Below, piece by piece: positions 27,881 to 41,399 of a stretch of DNA of 64,000 nt; within the stretch, counting starts at the first letter, position 1, and every line of letters starts with the position of its first letter. Source of the stretch: Octopus bimaculoides (taxonomy: Eukaryota); NCBI RefSeq assembly GCF_001194135.2, contig NC_068983.1:79383501-79447500 (forward strand), in the 5' to 3' direction. The notes under the pieces were generated by a model. The model saw only the letters and a list, made by a program, of their open reading frames with translations, had not been told where the DNA came from and did no database searches. The position numbers and the translations under genes were made by a program.

Positions 27881-30800
27881 CATGCCAACAAAAAATTACC
27901 TTTGAATTCTTTTAGCAGTGTAGCCCATTTGGTGATAAGCCATATTTCATGTGGCCCCCTTCTCAAGAAAGGTTACCCATACTGGTTTAAAGGCTAAAAG
28001 TTTGAAATTGTTTGTTAAATACATGCAATTATAAGCATTAAAGCCTACTTTAAAAATCAGTCACTCAGCATCAATTAGTGTTGGCTTAGAAGTATAATTA
28101 ATAGCAATAACAACATGGATAACAAATTAGTTTATACTGAGAGGAACAAGAACTACTGTTAACCTCCAGTCATCTAATCTCATTCATGTCTCAAAAATGT
28201 CATTTATTATAAATTTAATTGTAATATCAGGATTTTCTATGTATATGTGATAGAGTTAAAACTCTAGTACAGATCTACTAGGATTTTTAACTGTTCTTTC
28301 CATTTTATCATTCCATTTTAAATATTTATTTATTTATTTATTTATTTATTTATATCTATTTGGTATTTGAATCAATTATGAATCAATTCAGGTTCAGTCT
28401 TGTACAGGCTTCTATATGTCAATAATCAATTTGGCATTGTGGAATCAATACAGCTGCCAAGTTTGAAATATGGAATAATTGGGATCCTGTTGAAAGGCCT
28501 AGAGTTGAATAACTCAAATTAAGATACCCATAAATAGTATGAGCCTTAAAAACCAGCCCAATATAAAAAAAAAGAAAAAAACACCCTTGATGTACAGCGA
28601 GGGATACAGAAGTATGATTGTTAGGTGGTGGTGAAATATAGTTTGTGGAGAAGGTGTGTGATGCACATACAATGATTGGTGATGAATAACTTGTATATAA
28701 TGAATATTATATGTAAACCAGCAAGATAAATTGAGTGCAAATAAATTAAGAAATTGACTAGGTTTCAAATGAGTTGATGTTCTGAAGTGAGATAAATGAA
28801 CTGATAATGTTTGCTTGTGAATAGAGAGTGCATAGGTGAAACATTGTAGGAGACTGGTATGGGAAATGCAGAGGCACATGTCATTAGAATGAATAGATTT
28901 CATAGATTGAGATTAGTTCAAACTTTGGAAAAAGTTGTTTTATCATAACCTATTCAAAACATAGCATTTAAAAAAAAGATGTTCAAACTGATAACAACTG
29001 AGATGATAAAAAAAACTAGACAAAAACAATTATACTACCTTTTTACATAACGATTTTAGTTTTGTTTAAGAAAAAATTAATGAGGATGGTTGGTATCAGG
29101 AAATAATGTGAAGTATTGATTATTAAATATGCTATCATTTTTCAGAATAAAACTGTACATAATTACTATTGCAATATTTATGTAATTGATATTAATATCA
29201 ATAATATTGTTTATACAATTATTCAACATTACTTTTATCTCAAGTAGATTTGCTTTGGTTATTAACATTATTCTTTTTATAAATTCTTCAGTGAAAAATT
29301 TAATCAATAGATAAAGTAAAAGTTATATACAAATTGATTTTATCAATAACAGGAAAAGGCAAAGATATAGAAATGTTTTATAAGAAAGAATAGCAATAAA
29401 TTTATTACTCAGTTATTCTTTATAAAATATAAATATAGTACAATTCTGCTCGTCTGCTACCCTTTGGACTTGGATATGGCAGATTACTAAGTTTGGCAGT
29501 TGTTTTTGGTTGTTTTGTATTAATTCGGTCATTTGAAAAAAAAAGAAAAAAATTATAAAGAAGTTTATTAACCTGTAATTTTCAGTACCTTTAATATCGG
29601 CCAATTTCTTTTCACCAGCTAAATTAAGCTTAGGAATACTACATAGTATTTTCAAGTTCCTAAATCCAAACTATAAACACAAAAGTTTTCCAAATATCCT
29701 TATCTCCATACTTGACTTAGTGTCTTCAGTGACCACTGGCTCTGAAAATCAGCCTACCCATTGAATTACTTTGCACTAAACCATTTAAAAAAAATAATGC
29801 AGTATTATTTAAGTATACCATACTTCAGTACCGTCATTTGATTCTAAATCAACCATAAAAAGAATTGCATATTGGTCTTTTTGGTTCTAAATACCTTAAA
29901 TTATTAAAGAATCCATGTTATAGTCACAAATTCTTTCTTTGCAAGCACTACATTTTCAGTTCCTAGGGGTGATGTCAGTCACATGCTTTATTTTCACACC
30001 TTTTTTCATTTTGGTTACTTTTATTAACATGGGAAGACATTTTCACAAATGAATGGATGATACATATAGGTAAATACAAAATACATGCTGGTAAGAGTTC
30101 TTTTCAACTTGACTGTAAACAAGAAAATGGAATCAGTGACTAGTGGTGGTGCTTAGGAATACAAAAAAAAAAAGAAAAAAAAGAAAAGAAAAATGGTGAA
30201 ATGTGAAAAAGTGCAAGACAATCAGGTCTGCAGGAATATATTGGAAACCAGGATTAAAATTATGGGAGAATGGGAAGTTAATCCTTAGACATCTTGCTAC
30301 TTCATTTAGTACATTGCAATTATTTTTTTCTTTTATTATATATATAAAAGAAATTCTGTCATATTATATACAACAGAGTTTCTATGAAAATGTGACTGAA
30401 AATTTTATTTGTGAATTTGACTTTCAAAACTTGTTGATATGTAACCAAATTTAATGCCGCATTTTATTGATGTTTTATTTCTTCACTGTTCTTAGTATTC
30501 AGAGACTTTGTTCTTCAGCTGTGTGCATTAGAACTAAAATAATACAGAATGTTTATGGGCATATGCAAGATTAGTATCTTTCTCTTCACTCTTTTTCTTT
30601 TTGCTTGTTTATTTATTATTTTTTTTTTTTTGCATCTTGATCACAATAGAGAAATAGTCTTGCTTGTCTATGTTGAGAAACTTGGCCATTGGTATCTATA
30701 ATGGCGAATGCTATTAAATAGCAAACCAATTTCATATTAAAATATTCATATTCTTTCTTTGTTATGTCTTTTGGAAAGTAATAGTAAAATAAAGACATTT

Positions 30801-31009
30801 TGTCTATTGTTAACTTTTTACCAATATAAATCTATGATCACCAGCAGACTTGTGATTTGCTACTGCTGGCAACAATACATGGATTTAAGCCAGGTATAAT
30901 TAAACTTATTTAGTAGAGAAACAACAAGGAAATTGAAACAAGTCATAAATTGAAGCCATTATCTTAACTTTTCCATTTGAAACACATCGTAATATTTCAG
31001 ACATTTAAG

Positions 31010-31215
31010 GTGGTGAGCTGGTAGAATCATTAGTACACTGGGAAAAATGCTTAATGGCAGTTTGTCTGTCTCTATGTTCTGAGTTCAAATTCTGTCAAGG
31101 TGAACTTTACCTTTCATCCTTTCAGGATCAATAAAATAAGTACCAGTTGAGTACTGGGGTCGATCTACTTGGCTTACTCCTCCCCCAAAATTGCTGGCCT
31201 TGTGCCAAAATTTAA
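31010..31215 (+). mobile_element. Short tRNA-derived SINE, second family (further copies at 19780-19960-, 46160-46360+, 58200-58370-, 58390-58590- and others)
   Basis: ggtgagctggtagaatcattag...ttctgagttcaaattc (B-box GAGTTCAAAT)...ctttcatcctttcagg..aataaaataagtaccagttg recurs across the window. Confidence 0.8.
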
Positions 31216-33309
31216 GACTGATAGTTCAGACATTTGTACTCCATTGTTGCACTGATTCAATACTATTTATATTGAAACTCATTGGTAAAGTTGGTTGTTT
31301 CTCTGAAGATGTTGTGGAAAGTAGAATTCTCTTAAAACTTATTCTCATATTATATTGCTCAGATATTTTTGTATTGAAACATACTTTATGTACCAAATAT
31401 TTCAGTGGATTTTTATTTTGGTTTCATGCTTAAATTTTGAATGGCTACTAATCTTTGACTACTTGGTATTTACATATCTGTATCATACTTTCTGTGTATC
31501 TATATGGATCTAATTTATGTGGACACCAGTACATTTCAGTTATTGATGAAATGGAGAGTTGATGTCTTGGGAGATACTAAAGTTTATAGGGTTAGAATTT
31601 GAGAGAGCACAATGGATAGATGAGAAATATATGAGAAATAGTCAGAAATAAGAAACAACCTCTAATACTTCAAGAGATCTTATGATACTTTCTTTTCCTT
31701 TTTTCCAAATATAACTCTATTCTCGTAATTCATGAAGATATCTAAAGTGCATGAAGTAACAGAAATACCAAGTCATATCCTCATATCACCTAGACATATC
31801 ACATCTCATCGTTATTCTTGTCATATTGATTTCTTTACATGGAAGATATCCTCAAATACACAAAGTACAAAATGGAAAGTTATAGATTTTAGCTAGTTTC
31901 TGAGTAATTATTCTTTCATACAAGAGTAAGATAACCATTTGGAATATTTTCTTTCATGAAACACCTCTTTTATGCTGCAAACTCAATATTTTTTATGTAA
32001 CTAAGTACAATATATGATTGAAAGATACCAATATAAAATTATGAGTGCCATCAACACTTTGCTGCTATTTATATTGTTAGAAATTATTATATTTTAGGTT
32101 ATACTGAAAGTTGACAGGTAACCCAGTTGCAGTAAATATTTCCTGTAAGGATATATTTTGTAATCTCAATATCAGATATTTCATAAATCAGTGCAGTTCC
32201 CCATTTTCTTTTACTTTCCCATTTCTTACTGTGTTTTTCTAAAGCATGAAGCTTTTAACTATATAGACTGATTCACACATAAACAAACTAACCCAGTTGA
32301 TACCCAAAATTGGGTTTGACTTACTTGGATTTCCAATAACACTGCACTGTAAATCATTACTATGTTGTTAATTTAGAAAAGTATCTAATTTATTTCAATC
32401 TGATGTATGACATCATAGAGCTATGTAATGGCAATATTAGTTGTTTTACATTGCTTTATACTCAAAGGAAATAATAGGTTAACAGATTTCTTTTGTGCTT
32501 TTGCACTACTGACCCAACCACAAAAACTTCTAAAGTTGTTTATATTATTAAAACTGAAGAAAATGAAAAAAAATAAATAAATAAAAAGGCAAAACAAAAA
32601 ACCTTAAATCTATTGGAATATCAGGAGTTACTAACATAAAGGATGTTCAAATAATATTTTAGTCTTTTGTAACAGAAAATAATACACTATCACAGACCAT
32701 TGATATTCTAGAGTTATTTTTATTTTTCTGTTGCAATTTTCTTGTAATATGAGGCACCCCAGGTCTCATTCTTTCTGAACAAAAGATTCTCTTATCTTTG
32801 AAAAACACATGTAAAACGTGTAATGCTGACATAAAAGTGGCCTCAAATTTTGGAACTGATAATTCTTCAGTCATTGCAAACCATGCTTCATAATTAATAT
32901 AAAATTTCTGTGGATAATCAATTATTTCTTCCTAACTTCCTGCTAGATTACAATACAAGCTCATTCATTAAATTGCCTGCTACTCTTGATAGCATTCAAT
33001 ATGACATATAAGTTGAGTTGGGCATCCTTTATCATATCATATTTACAATCAGTATCCTTAGTCTTAAACATATCTGTATTGATGTATATACATGCGTGTA
33101 TGTGTACACACACACACACACATAAATCAAAGTATACAATTCAAAATATGATACAGATATTTCTAAACCAAGATGCTTTCTATGCCAGCATGGGTTAGAT
33201 GGATCATCAATATTCAAATCATTTCTTATTTGGAGTTATAGCTTTCTGAAATGGGTCAGAGGACAAGATCTTGTTAATGCATTCAACTTGATTTCTATGG
33301 CTACATGCT

Positions 33310-33318
33310 CTCTCTCTT

Positions 33319-33378
<60 letters not shown>

Positions 33379-33444
33379 NNNNNNNNNNNNNNNNNNNNNN
33401 NNNNNNNNNNNNNNNNNNNNNNNNNNNNNNNNNNNNNNNNNNNN

Positions 33445-33490
<46 letters not shown>
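33310..33490. repeat. (CT)n microsatellite spanning an assembly gap (N at 33379-33444)
   Basis: Direct inspection; source of the ERER and LSLS ORFs. Confidence 0.97.
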
Positions 33491-33514
<24 letters not shown>

Positions 33515-34798
33515 ATGTGTATATATATATATATATGGATAGATAGATAGTGTGTGTCTGGAGAGAAAGGGAGAGAAATTGACATGGAAACATGTAGCAT
33601 AAATACATGGAAGGAAAATATATTTGAGTATACAAGTCAAAAGAAAAATATGTATATTAAGTATATATAATTCTAACTCAAATAGCCATGCTTTTATACT
33701 CACTCTCTTACCCATATGCACAAATACACACATACATGCATAAACACATCTATACATGTCTTTATAGGTAGGTGTTTTTTCACTTCTGTTGAAGGGATAT
33801 CCCTAGTATCCAAGAAACAGCTGTAAGACTAGCTTTCTCTTTATAAATGTCCTGAAAATTCCACTCAGCCTTGGCTCTGCTGTCTCATTTTATTTGATAC
33901 TTGTGTATGTGTGTGCATGTGTCTTAAAGACAGAAAATGATTTATTCTTACATTGTTTGACATCCAGATTTATATATGAAGTTACATTGAATCATGTTTA
34001 CTGAAAATGTTCTGCTTGCATCATTAACAATGCAAGGAGGCTATTATATTTTTCACAAATTGTATAGACTTTATACATTAATACACTGTATTTATTAAAA
34101 TTCTGCTATAAAAAATAATCACATCATCAAAATTTAGCACATTGTTTCCAATGTCAAGGAAGATAGAAAAGAATTTACTTTTTCATTGCTTCTCATTTAA
34201 ACTTAACTATACTGCTAAAATATTCAGATCCTTTAATCTGAGTCTCCTAATTTTTATAAAATTTGGAAGATATTAAAACATTGGCAATCCAGTATATGAA
34301 GTGTACTACGTGAATATTTCAGAAATATAAACTAAATATAAATTTAAATGTGAAACAATATTTTCTGTCTTCCACACTATATGAATCTATCTACTAACTT
34401 CTTGAAGTTATGACATTTAATTTGGAATATTACTAACAACATTCCAAATATATACTGTTTATGAGCAATCAGTGTGTGTGTGTGTGCGTATGCATTTACG
34501 TATAAGTGAGTTAGACGATAGAAGTAAGATTGACAATGAAAGGAAAACTAAGTGTGATAGAACAAACTGTGTTCCTGTACCTCAAACTAATACTCCAGTA
34601 CAACTTTCATTCTCTCTTATGTCTTGACTCTCTTGACTTATCTCTGCTTTATTTCAAGGAAATATGAGGACCAGGTGCCTTTGCGCATGCATAAATCAGG
34701 TAAAGAATCAGTGTAAAGAATTGGTGCAAAATTTGGTAAAGAATCAGTGAGAAATTATAACTTTATACCAAGCCAGATATATACACCTGTGTGTGTGT

Positions 34799-36069
34799 GT
34801 TGGGAGGCTGGAAAGTAATGTTGTATTTTCAAACAAATAGTCTGATGTCAGACCACAAATAGCCTACAAGCCAATCAGTTAAAGGTGTCCTTGTGATCAA
34901 CCAATCAGCATGGTGTTAATAACCAAATGTTAATGTGGACATGTACTGTGTGGGTGTATGCTCTGTCTAATCCATGGAAAAAAAGGATTAGAGTGAGCTG
35001 CATATATAGCAGTGCAAGCTATACAAATTTTATAAGGGCAACAGTGCAGCACATGCAAGGGAGAATTTACATGTATTGTATATCCTGATAGTGTTTGGAA
35101 ATGTCAAAGGTTAGTTTAACAAATTCAAAAATGTTGATTTTGATCTTTTGGATAGTTGTCAATCAGGAAGACCAACTGTTCTCAGTAATGATGCAATGAA
35201 AATATAATTGAATAGGATTTGTATCAAAGTAATGGGAACTAATCCCAGAGGCTTAATAAACTTTGGTCCTCTGTGCAAGATCATCTTAAGCAGATTAGAA
35301 AAGAGTATAAAAAAAAGGGAAATGGGTACCTCATGAGCTGTCTTCAGAGAATGAAGCAGTGCATTCAACAATTTGCAATAGTTTGCTAATCAAGAATGAA
35401 CAAATACCTTTGCTTAACTGAATTCTACCAAATGGTAAGAAATGGATTGTCTATGCCAAGATTAATTGTAAGAGACAATGGCCATCTTCAAACCAGATCT
35501 ATACCCAAAGATTTTGCTGTGTGTTTGGTGGAACACAATAACTATTGTTCATTTTAAATTACTGGAACAAAGGAAAATCATCATTGCAGAACTTTATTGT
35601 CAATAACTTGAATATGTCAATCAAATTTTGCTCTAATGAGACAACAGAAAGTCCTAATCAACAAAAAAGTAGTCAATCTGCAATATGATAATGCAAGACT
35701 ACATTCAGAGAAGATGACCCAAGAGAAAATAAATTCATTAGGCTGGGAAGTTCTACTACACTCTCTTTATACACCAGACCTAGCACCTGCAGATTTTCAC
35801 TTATTCTGGTCACTTGAATACTTTACCAGTGAAAAAGCATTCAGAAGCAGAGACAGTGTTGAAATAGTACTCCAAACATTTTTCTCTTCTAAAGAACCTG
35901 ATTGATTTTTTTTTTCTCTCAAGGAATCAGAAAACTGGCTTTGAGGTTGGAAAATGTTATTGCTAATGATGGCGATTATATTTTGAATGAATAAATGTAT
36001 TTATGATATGTTTTAGGCTGATCTGAATTCATTACATGAAAGGCGACATTACTTTTTGGCAACCCTAAT
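34799..36069 (+). mobile_element. Near-full-length (~1.27 kb) inactive mariner (Tc1/mariner, DD34D type) element
   Basis: The right TIR is gaaaggcgacattactttttggcaaccctaa (36038-36068). A decayed left TIR containing gaaagtaatgttgtattttc lies at ~34799-34830. A transposase relic lies between them. Confidence 0.9.
34974..35994 (+). pseudogene. Mariner transposase pseudogene
   Basis: Segments MEKK..YKFYKGNSAAHAR, FNKFKNVDFDLLD..SGRP, KKWIVY (decayed TGDEKWI), KPDLYPKILLCVWWN, AELYCQ, YDNARLH (HDNARPH), GWEVLLHSLYTPDLAPADFHLF (YSPDLAP) and terminal DGDYILNE*. It has several stops and frameshifts. Confidence 0.93.
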
Positions 36070-36689
36070 TTGTGTGTGTGTGTGTGTGTGTGTGTGCATG
36101 AACACACATGCACACACATTCATGCACACAGACATACTCACTGTTTCATCAACATCATTTTACTCCCACTTTCTGTGATTGCATGGGTTAGGTGGATCAT
36201 CACAGTCCAAATCATAGGTTATTAGAAAGTTTTGCTCTTTGAGACTGGTGCTTCTATGCATCATAAGGCTTGGCTTCTAAAGCTGGGTACCCTTCTCATC
36301 ACCAACCATTTGACAGTGTATTGGATGCATTTTTTTATGATCAACACTAGAAAGATTGAATTGTCCTTGATGAGAAAGGTTTAATAGAACATCACAACCT
36401 GATACCTTCTCATTCATTTGCCAGTCACTTTACAGAGTATACTAGGTGCATTTTTGTGGCACCAACCTTAAAGAGGTAGCTGTGCTCACCATTCACCTGT
36501 GGAGGAAGTGTTGTGATTTCTATTGTAACACTAATTCAGTAAGTAGGGTGTTTTGTACATAGCAGATGTATTAATTACACAGACACACTCATACAACATA
36601 CACATATATCACCATATAGCAGAAACAATTACAACTTTGGCTTAACTTTCAACCTTTTGTATAGTACATATGCAGAAGGTGCAGATATA

Positions 36690-37080
36690 GCTGCATGGTA
36701 AGAATTTCGTTTCTCACCCACATTCTGCCAGGTTTACTCCCTGTGTGATGTCTACTATAGCTCTGGACTCACCAAAGACTTGTGAGTGGATTTTGTGAAT
36801 GGAAATTGAAAGAAACCCATCATGTGTGTGTATTTGTGTCCTCTTGTCTTGACATTATGTGATAGTTGTGAAATTACTGCCACTACCATATTAGCAGTGT
36901 CATTCATTTTCATTATTCAGTGAGAACATGTCTGGGGCCAGGGAAATATTACCTTGCTCTGAAGCAGGTGAGTGTTGGTGGCAGGAAGGGCATCTGGTTG
37001 TAAAAAAATGAACCTCAATAAACTCCTTCTGGTTCAGTGATAAATTTGAGTGAAACAGAGTAGATATTGACATGGCAGTG
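36690..37080 (+). mobile_element. SINE of the main family with extended 3' part
   Basis: gatatagctgcatggtaagaatttcg...ctactatagc...ttgtgagtggattt...gaaagaaacccatc...ggcaggaagggcatctggttgtaaaa. Confidence 0.75.
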
Positions 37081-37861
37081 TAATAGCTTCTCAATAATAG
37101 TTTCCATTCTTGAAAGCATTCTTGTTTATGTAAGTTATGAACATAGAAATTCATATTATCAACAAGTTTAAACTGATCTGATAATCATTGCTAAAATTTC
37201 AGTTAACTGTATGATAATTAATCATAGAAAAAATTAACAGCTCAGAATCTGTTGATTAGACATTGAAGTAAAAGTCATGCATTTTAGTTGCTTTGATATG
37301 AATTAGAAAGAGAAAAACGTTTATGCAGTATTATTTGGTTAATCTAACACAAAAGATAAAAGTGGAAATTATTCTGTTAAAATATATTTTTAACTGAAGG
37401 ATGTGTATCAAATTAGAAATCATAAAATTTTAACGCAGTTAAGAAAAACCAAAAGAGAGAGAGACAGAGACAGAGAGATGGAATGAATGGCATGTTTCAA
37501 ATAGATATTTTCAAATATTAAAGAACACTTTTAGCATGTCAGTTTACTTCATACTATTCATGACAGATTCCTTATGAAACTCGAAATTTATGCTGATATA
37601 TCAAATTGGAGGTTAAGAGCAAGATGTTACATGACTGGTTTCTTTTCTTAAAATTTTACAGTCAATCACACTGCTATTTGACTCTGACATTATTAAACAT
37701 CTCATGGTTTTACTGGTGAATTTTGTACCATAATAATACCTTTGCCTCTTCTGGTATCACCATCTACTTATTTACATTTGTCATATGTCAAAATTATGTA
37801 AACACTTTCTGATGCATGTTGTTATTTTCTGTTTTGTTGAAGCTGCATTCAACACATAGTA

Positions 37862-38160
37862 AAGCTTAGTGGTTAGGGTAATGACTTATGATTGTAAAGT
37901 CATGAGTTCAATTCCTGGCAGTGCATTGTGTTCTTGAGCAAGACTTTATTTCATGTTACTCCCAGTAAAATGAGTTGTACCTATAATTCAAAGTGCTGGC
38001 CTAGTCATATTCTGTATCACATTCAATCTCCTTGAGAACTATGTTTAGGGGTATGCATGTCTGTGGAATGCTCAGCCACTTGCACGTTAATTTCATCAGC
38101 AGGCTATTCTGTTGATTGGATCAAGTGGAATCCTCATTGTCGTAACTGACAGAGTGCCAG
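37862..38160 (+). mobile_element. tRNA-derived SINE, third family
   Basis: Head gcttagtggttagggta...catgagttcaattcctggc (A and B boxes), then ttcttgagcaagactttatttc...cagccacttgcacgttaatttca...gtaactgacagagtgcca. Confidence 0.75.
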
Positions 38161-39369
38161 TTGTTGTTCAGTAAAGCAGAAGTTTGTGTTACATCATGTA
38201 TAAATAAAAATAAATGCGCCTTTTTAAAGCCTAGCCAGGCTCATGGGCCTGGTTTCCTAGTTTCAATGGCATTTGTGTTCCCCAGCTGGACGGGATGCCA
38301 GTCCATCACAGAACATCATGTATATCAATTTCATATTGTTGTTTAGAGTTATGATGTGCTCTAAACCTTTTGGCACTATTTGAAATGATTTGATTTTTGT
38401 CTGAAATCTTATTCAGTCAATAATCCTTTCTAATAAATATTATTAGTTACAGGAGTCTGTTGCAACTTATATGACTAACTTGTAGAACTTACTGTTTTAT
38501 TCCATTGTAATTATTATTAATAAAGCTTGTCATTTTGGAGTTGCTTGCATTTCTGTAGTAGAATTATTGACAGTCAGACCTTTTTAGGCAACTTTTTTCT
38601 AACCCTCCTCATCTCTCCTTCATGCATAAAAATTTCTGCACGTGTGTAAAATATAGAGGAAGTCAACTTGTGACTGAGTAAGGCCACTTCCTAAACTCAG
38701 TATGTTCATGAAAACACTAATATTTCAAGAGTTTAAGAAGTTCCTGTGCATGAATTTGTTTGAGTGGATGAAGTGTTGCACAGTACAGAACCCACTTTTC
38801 ATGATGTTTTATACTATTATAACACTAGCAGAACAACAAATGTTGAGATGACAAAATGCACTTCAGGTTTTTTTTTTTTTTTATATGAATTTATCTTCTC
38901 CTTGAAGGAAATTCTGATGAGAACTGAGGGTTCTTCACTCCCAGTGGTTTACATGCTAATTAATCCATAGCTGGGACCTTAACAGGTGCTACTACTCTGT
39001 GTCAGAGTAGACCTCGGAACAACAGTGGCTAAGAAGTGACTCCATACTCCTCAAAACCCTTGAAATCTTGTGCCAAGACCCCACTACTGGATGCAGTTTA
39101 AAGTCATACCTAGGATATGTGTATAATATAAAGACAAAACAATGTGAATGGAATTTGAATCCTGTGTCTGCAACAAACAATATAGCTGTGCTCACTTCTG
39201 CACTAGAGGTGATATCCCAATTTCAATCATCCAACTTAGAAGATTTAACCTAAATAGCTAGGGTTACATATAACAGTGGCCTGTCAATGGGGTTCTCAAT
39301 CCTCACAGTAACAATGTATATTATGTATATGTAATGTGTGTTGGTATTGTATATATATATATATATATT

Positions 39370-39667
39370 GAGAGAAATGGTAAGACAACAAAAGAATGAA
39401 AGAGACCTCAATATTATGTAAATAGAGGAATTTATTTGTAAATATAATATGTGACAATTATTTGGTAGCCATGATAAAACTCCAAGTTTTGGATGACAGG
39501 TCATTTTCATAGCATTTTTTTGATGGCCTGATAACTGAAGAGATGCCGGCGTGAGTTTCTGCCCCGACATCCGAAACTCGGAGTTTTATCATGGCTACCA
39601 AANNNNNNNNNNCGACATCCGAAACTCGGAGTTTTATCATGGCTACCAAATAATTGTCACATGTTAT
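39370..39667. mobile_element. Small repeat with head-to-head inverted arms carrying a hammerhead; Penelope-like pseudo-LTR or retrozyme remnant
   Basis: 39447-39495 (atgtgacaattatttggtagccatgataaaactccaagttttggatg) is the reverse complement of the ribozyme 3' half plus its downstream flank (catccgaaactcggagttttatcatggctaccaaataattgtcacat). There is an N-gap at 39603-39612. Confidence 0.6.
39526..39595 (+). ncRNA. Type I hammerhead ribozyme motif (minimal stem III)
   Basis: Stem I is TGATAA(39529-34)/TTATCA(39586-91), extended by GCC/GGC. The core is CTGAAGA (39535-41). Stem II is GATGCCGG(39542-49)/CCGACATC(39564-71) with one mismatch and one extra C. GAAA lies at 39573-76. Stem III is ACT/AGT around loop CGG. 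The cleavage triplet is GUU (39583-85). Confidence 0.75.
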
Positions 39668-41399
39668 GTGTGTGTGTGTGTGTGTGTGTGTGTTATAGAA
39701 TAAGTCAGAAAAAATATTGTACCATTACCTGTGAGATTTGTAGTTGCATATACTGTAAGCTATACAGCTGTGCTAACCCATTGAAGTGTAATTTGACAAT
39801 CCAAATTAATAGAAGTAGTCTAAATAGTTAACATTATACATACCAGTAGCATATATATATTGTAAAATAATTAGTGGCTAATATTCTTTATTTTCGTTCT
39901 GTAGTATATTTAGTGTCCATTCTTCCTAGTTTCATTCATATAGACATAAACATTATAGATCATACCATCAATTACTTGTTGATTAATTGTGTGTGTATGT
40001 GTTTAGATATTAAAAGCTCACAAACAAATATACACACTCTGAAAACTATATCTTCTTGAACCATTATTTGAGGCTTTCAAATACACATATATAATTTTAA
40101 GAATTTTTTAAAATGTTTTATACTATTATCTTTATTTCTGTGCAAGTTAATGATTTATTTAGAGCTATGATAACAGCTGCTCAGTTTTCATTTCCATATA
40201 AACTTGCTGAAACACAATACTTATCTATTTTTCACTTTAATTTAAGTTAAAGTAAAATGTTGATTAACATATAAGTAAATGAAAGAAATCAAGAGATCTA
40301 GATGTCCTCAGAGCAATAACAATGTGTTTGAATGCTGTTACTAAGTAATTGATGGAAATCTTGGGAAAAGGTAGAAGAAATTTTTGATTTATACAATAGA
40401 ATCTTGTCTCTTATTGAATGCAGACTGAAATATAGCTATGAAGAATAATTTAAATTACATTTTTTGGTATAATTTATATATGAAATTGGTTTAATGTCAA
40501 TATTGTGATATTAGCAATTTAATTGCATGTCAAGGAAATCATTTCTTAATAAAGGTAATTTCTAATTAAGAGTTTGATTAACCTCAGGTTGAATGTGATG
40601 TAGAATTATGTTAAAATGTCATAGAGAGCTTTCAAATATTTAATAACATCTCTGACCACCTGCTTATTATCTTAACTCACATTTTCTATGTGAATATAGA
40701 TTGGATAGCCATACATACACGCACATATATATTTGCACAACACATGTAGCAAATATACAAAACACTTTTTGTTTTAAAGTTTATATGTGATTATATTGCC
40801 ATTAACATGAATTCTATTTTCAATGCAGGATATAGTAGGTCTTTCTTCAGATATTTGGCTCTACATCATATTGCAAAATATTAGCGTCAAAGACAACACT
40901 TATTTTTCATTCAGGCACTCTGACATTTTATATATAATTATCTCTGTTGAGATCAAGGGGTTCATGATTTTATATTCTTCAGAGTTACAATATATATTTG
41001 ATATTCTTTTTAAATTTCAGAGTGAATCTTTTGCAAATATTACATTGGTTGAATAGTTATTATATTTGTGGCGATTCATTTACTTAATTGATCAATATTT
41101 GTATTTGTGAATTTATTTCTGTGCTACTTTAAAAAACTGCAGATACTTGAAAAGCTCTGGCAGACTATACCTTTAATGTGTATTCTACTTTTGCAATGAT
41201 TAAAAATTGTAGAAGAAACATAAAAATGATATTAAAAGATTAAATAGAATAAATCAGATGGTTTGTTTTTCCTTTATTTCTTGTTACAACAATTAGAAGA
41301 AGAATAGTAGTCATGATTGTTGCAGATTCTCCAAACCTAACGAAATCAATGTGGTTTATGTTCTGCTTAAAATTTTGTTAGATAAAATGTAGACAAGAA

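Noticed and set aside
33236-33757. Long ORFs with ERER, LSLS or X runs (likewise 9490-9771, 52364-52690 and 54467-54673)
   Set aside because: These are translations of microsatellites and N-gaps.
39613-39650. Exact 38-bp duplicate of the hammerhead 3' half after the 10-N gap, suggesting tandem ribozymes
   Set aside because: Identical sequence on both sides of a tiny gap is typical of an unmerged contig overlap. It cannot be counted as a real tandem copy without long reads.
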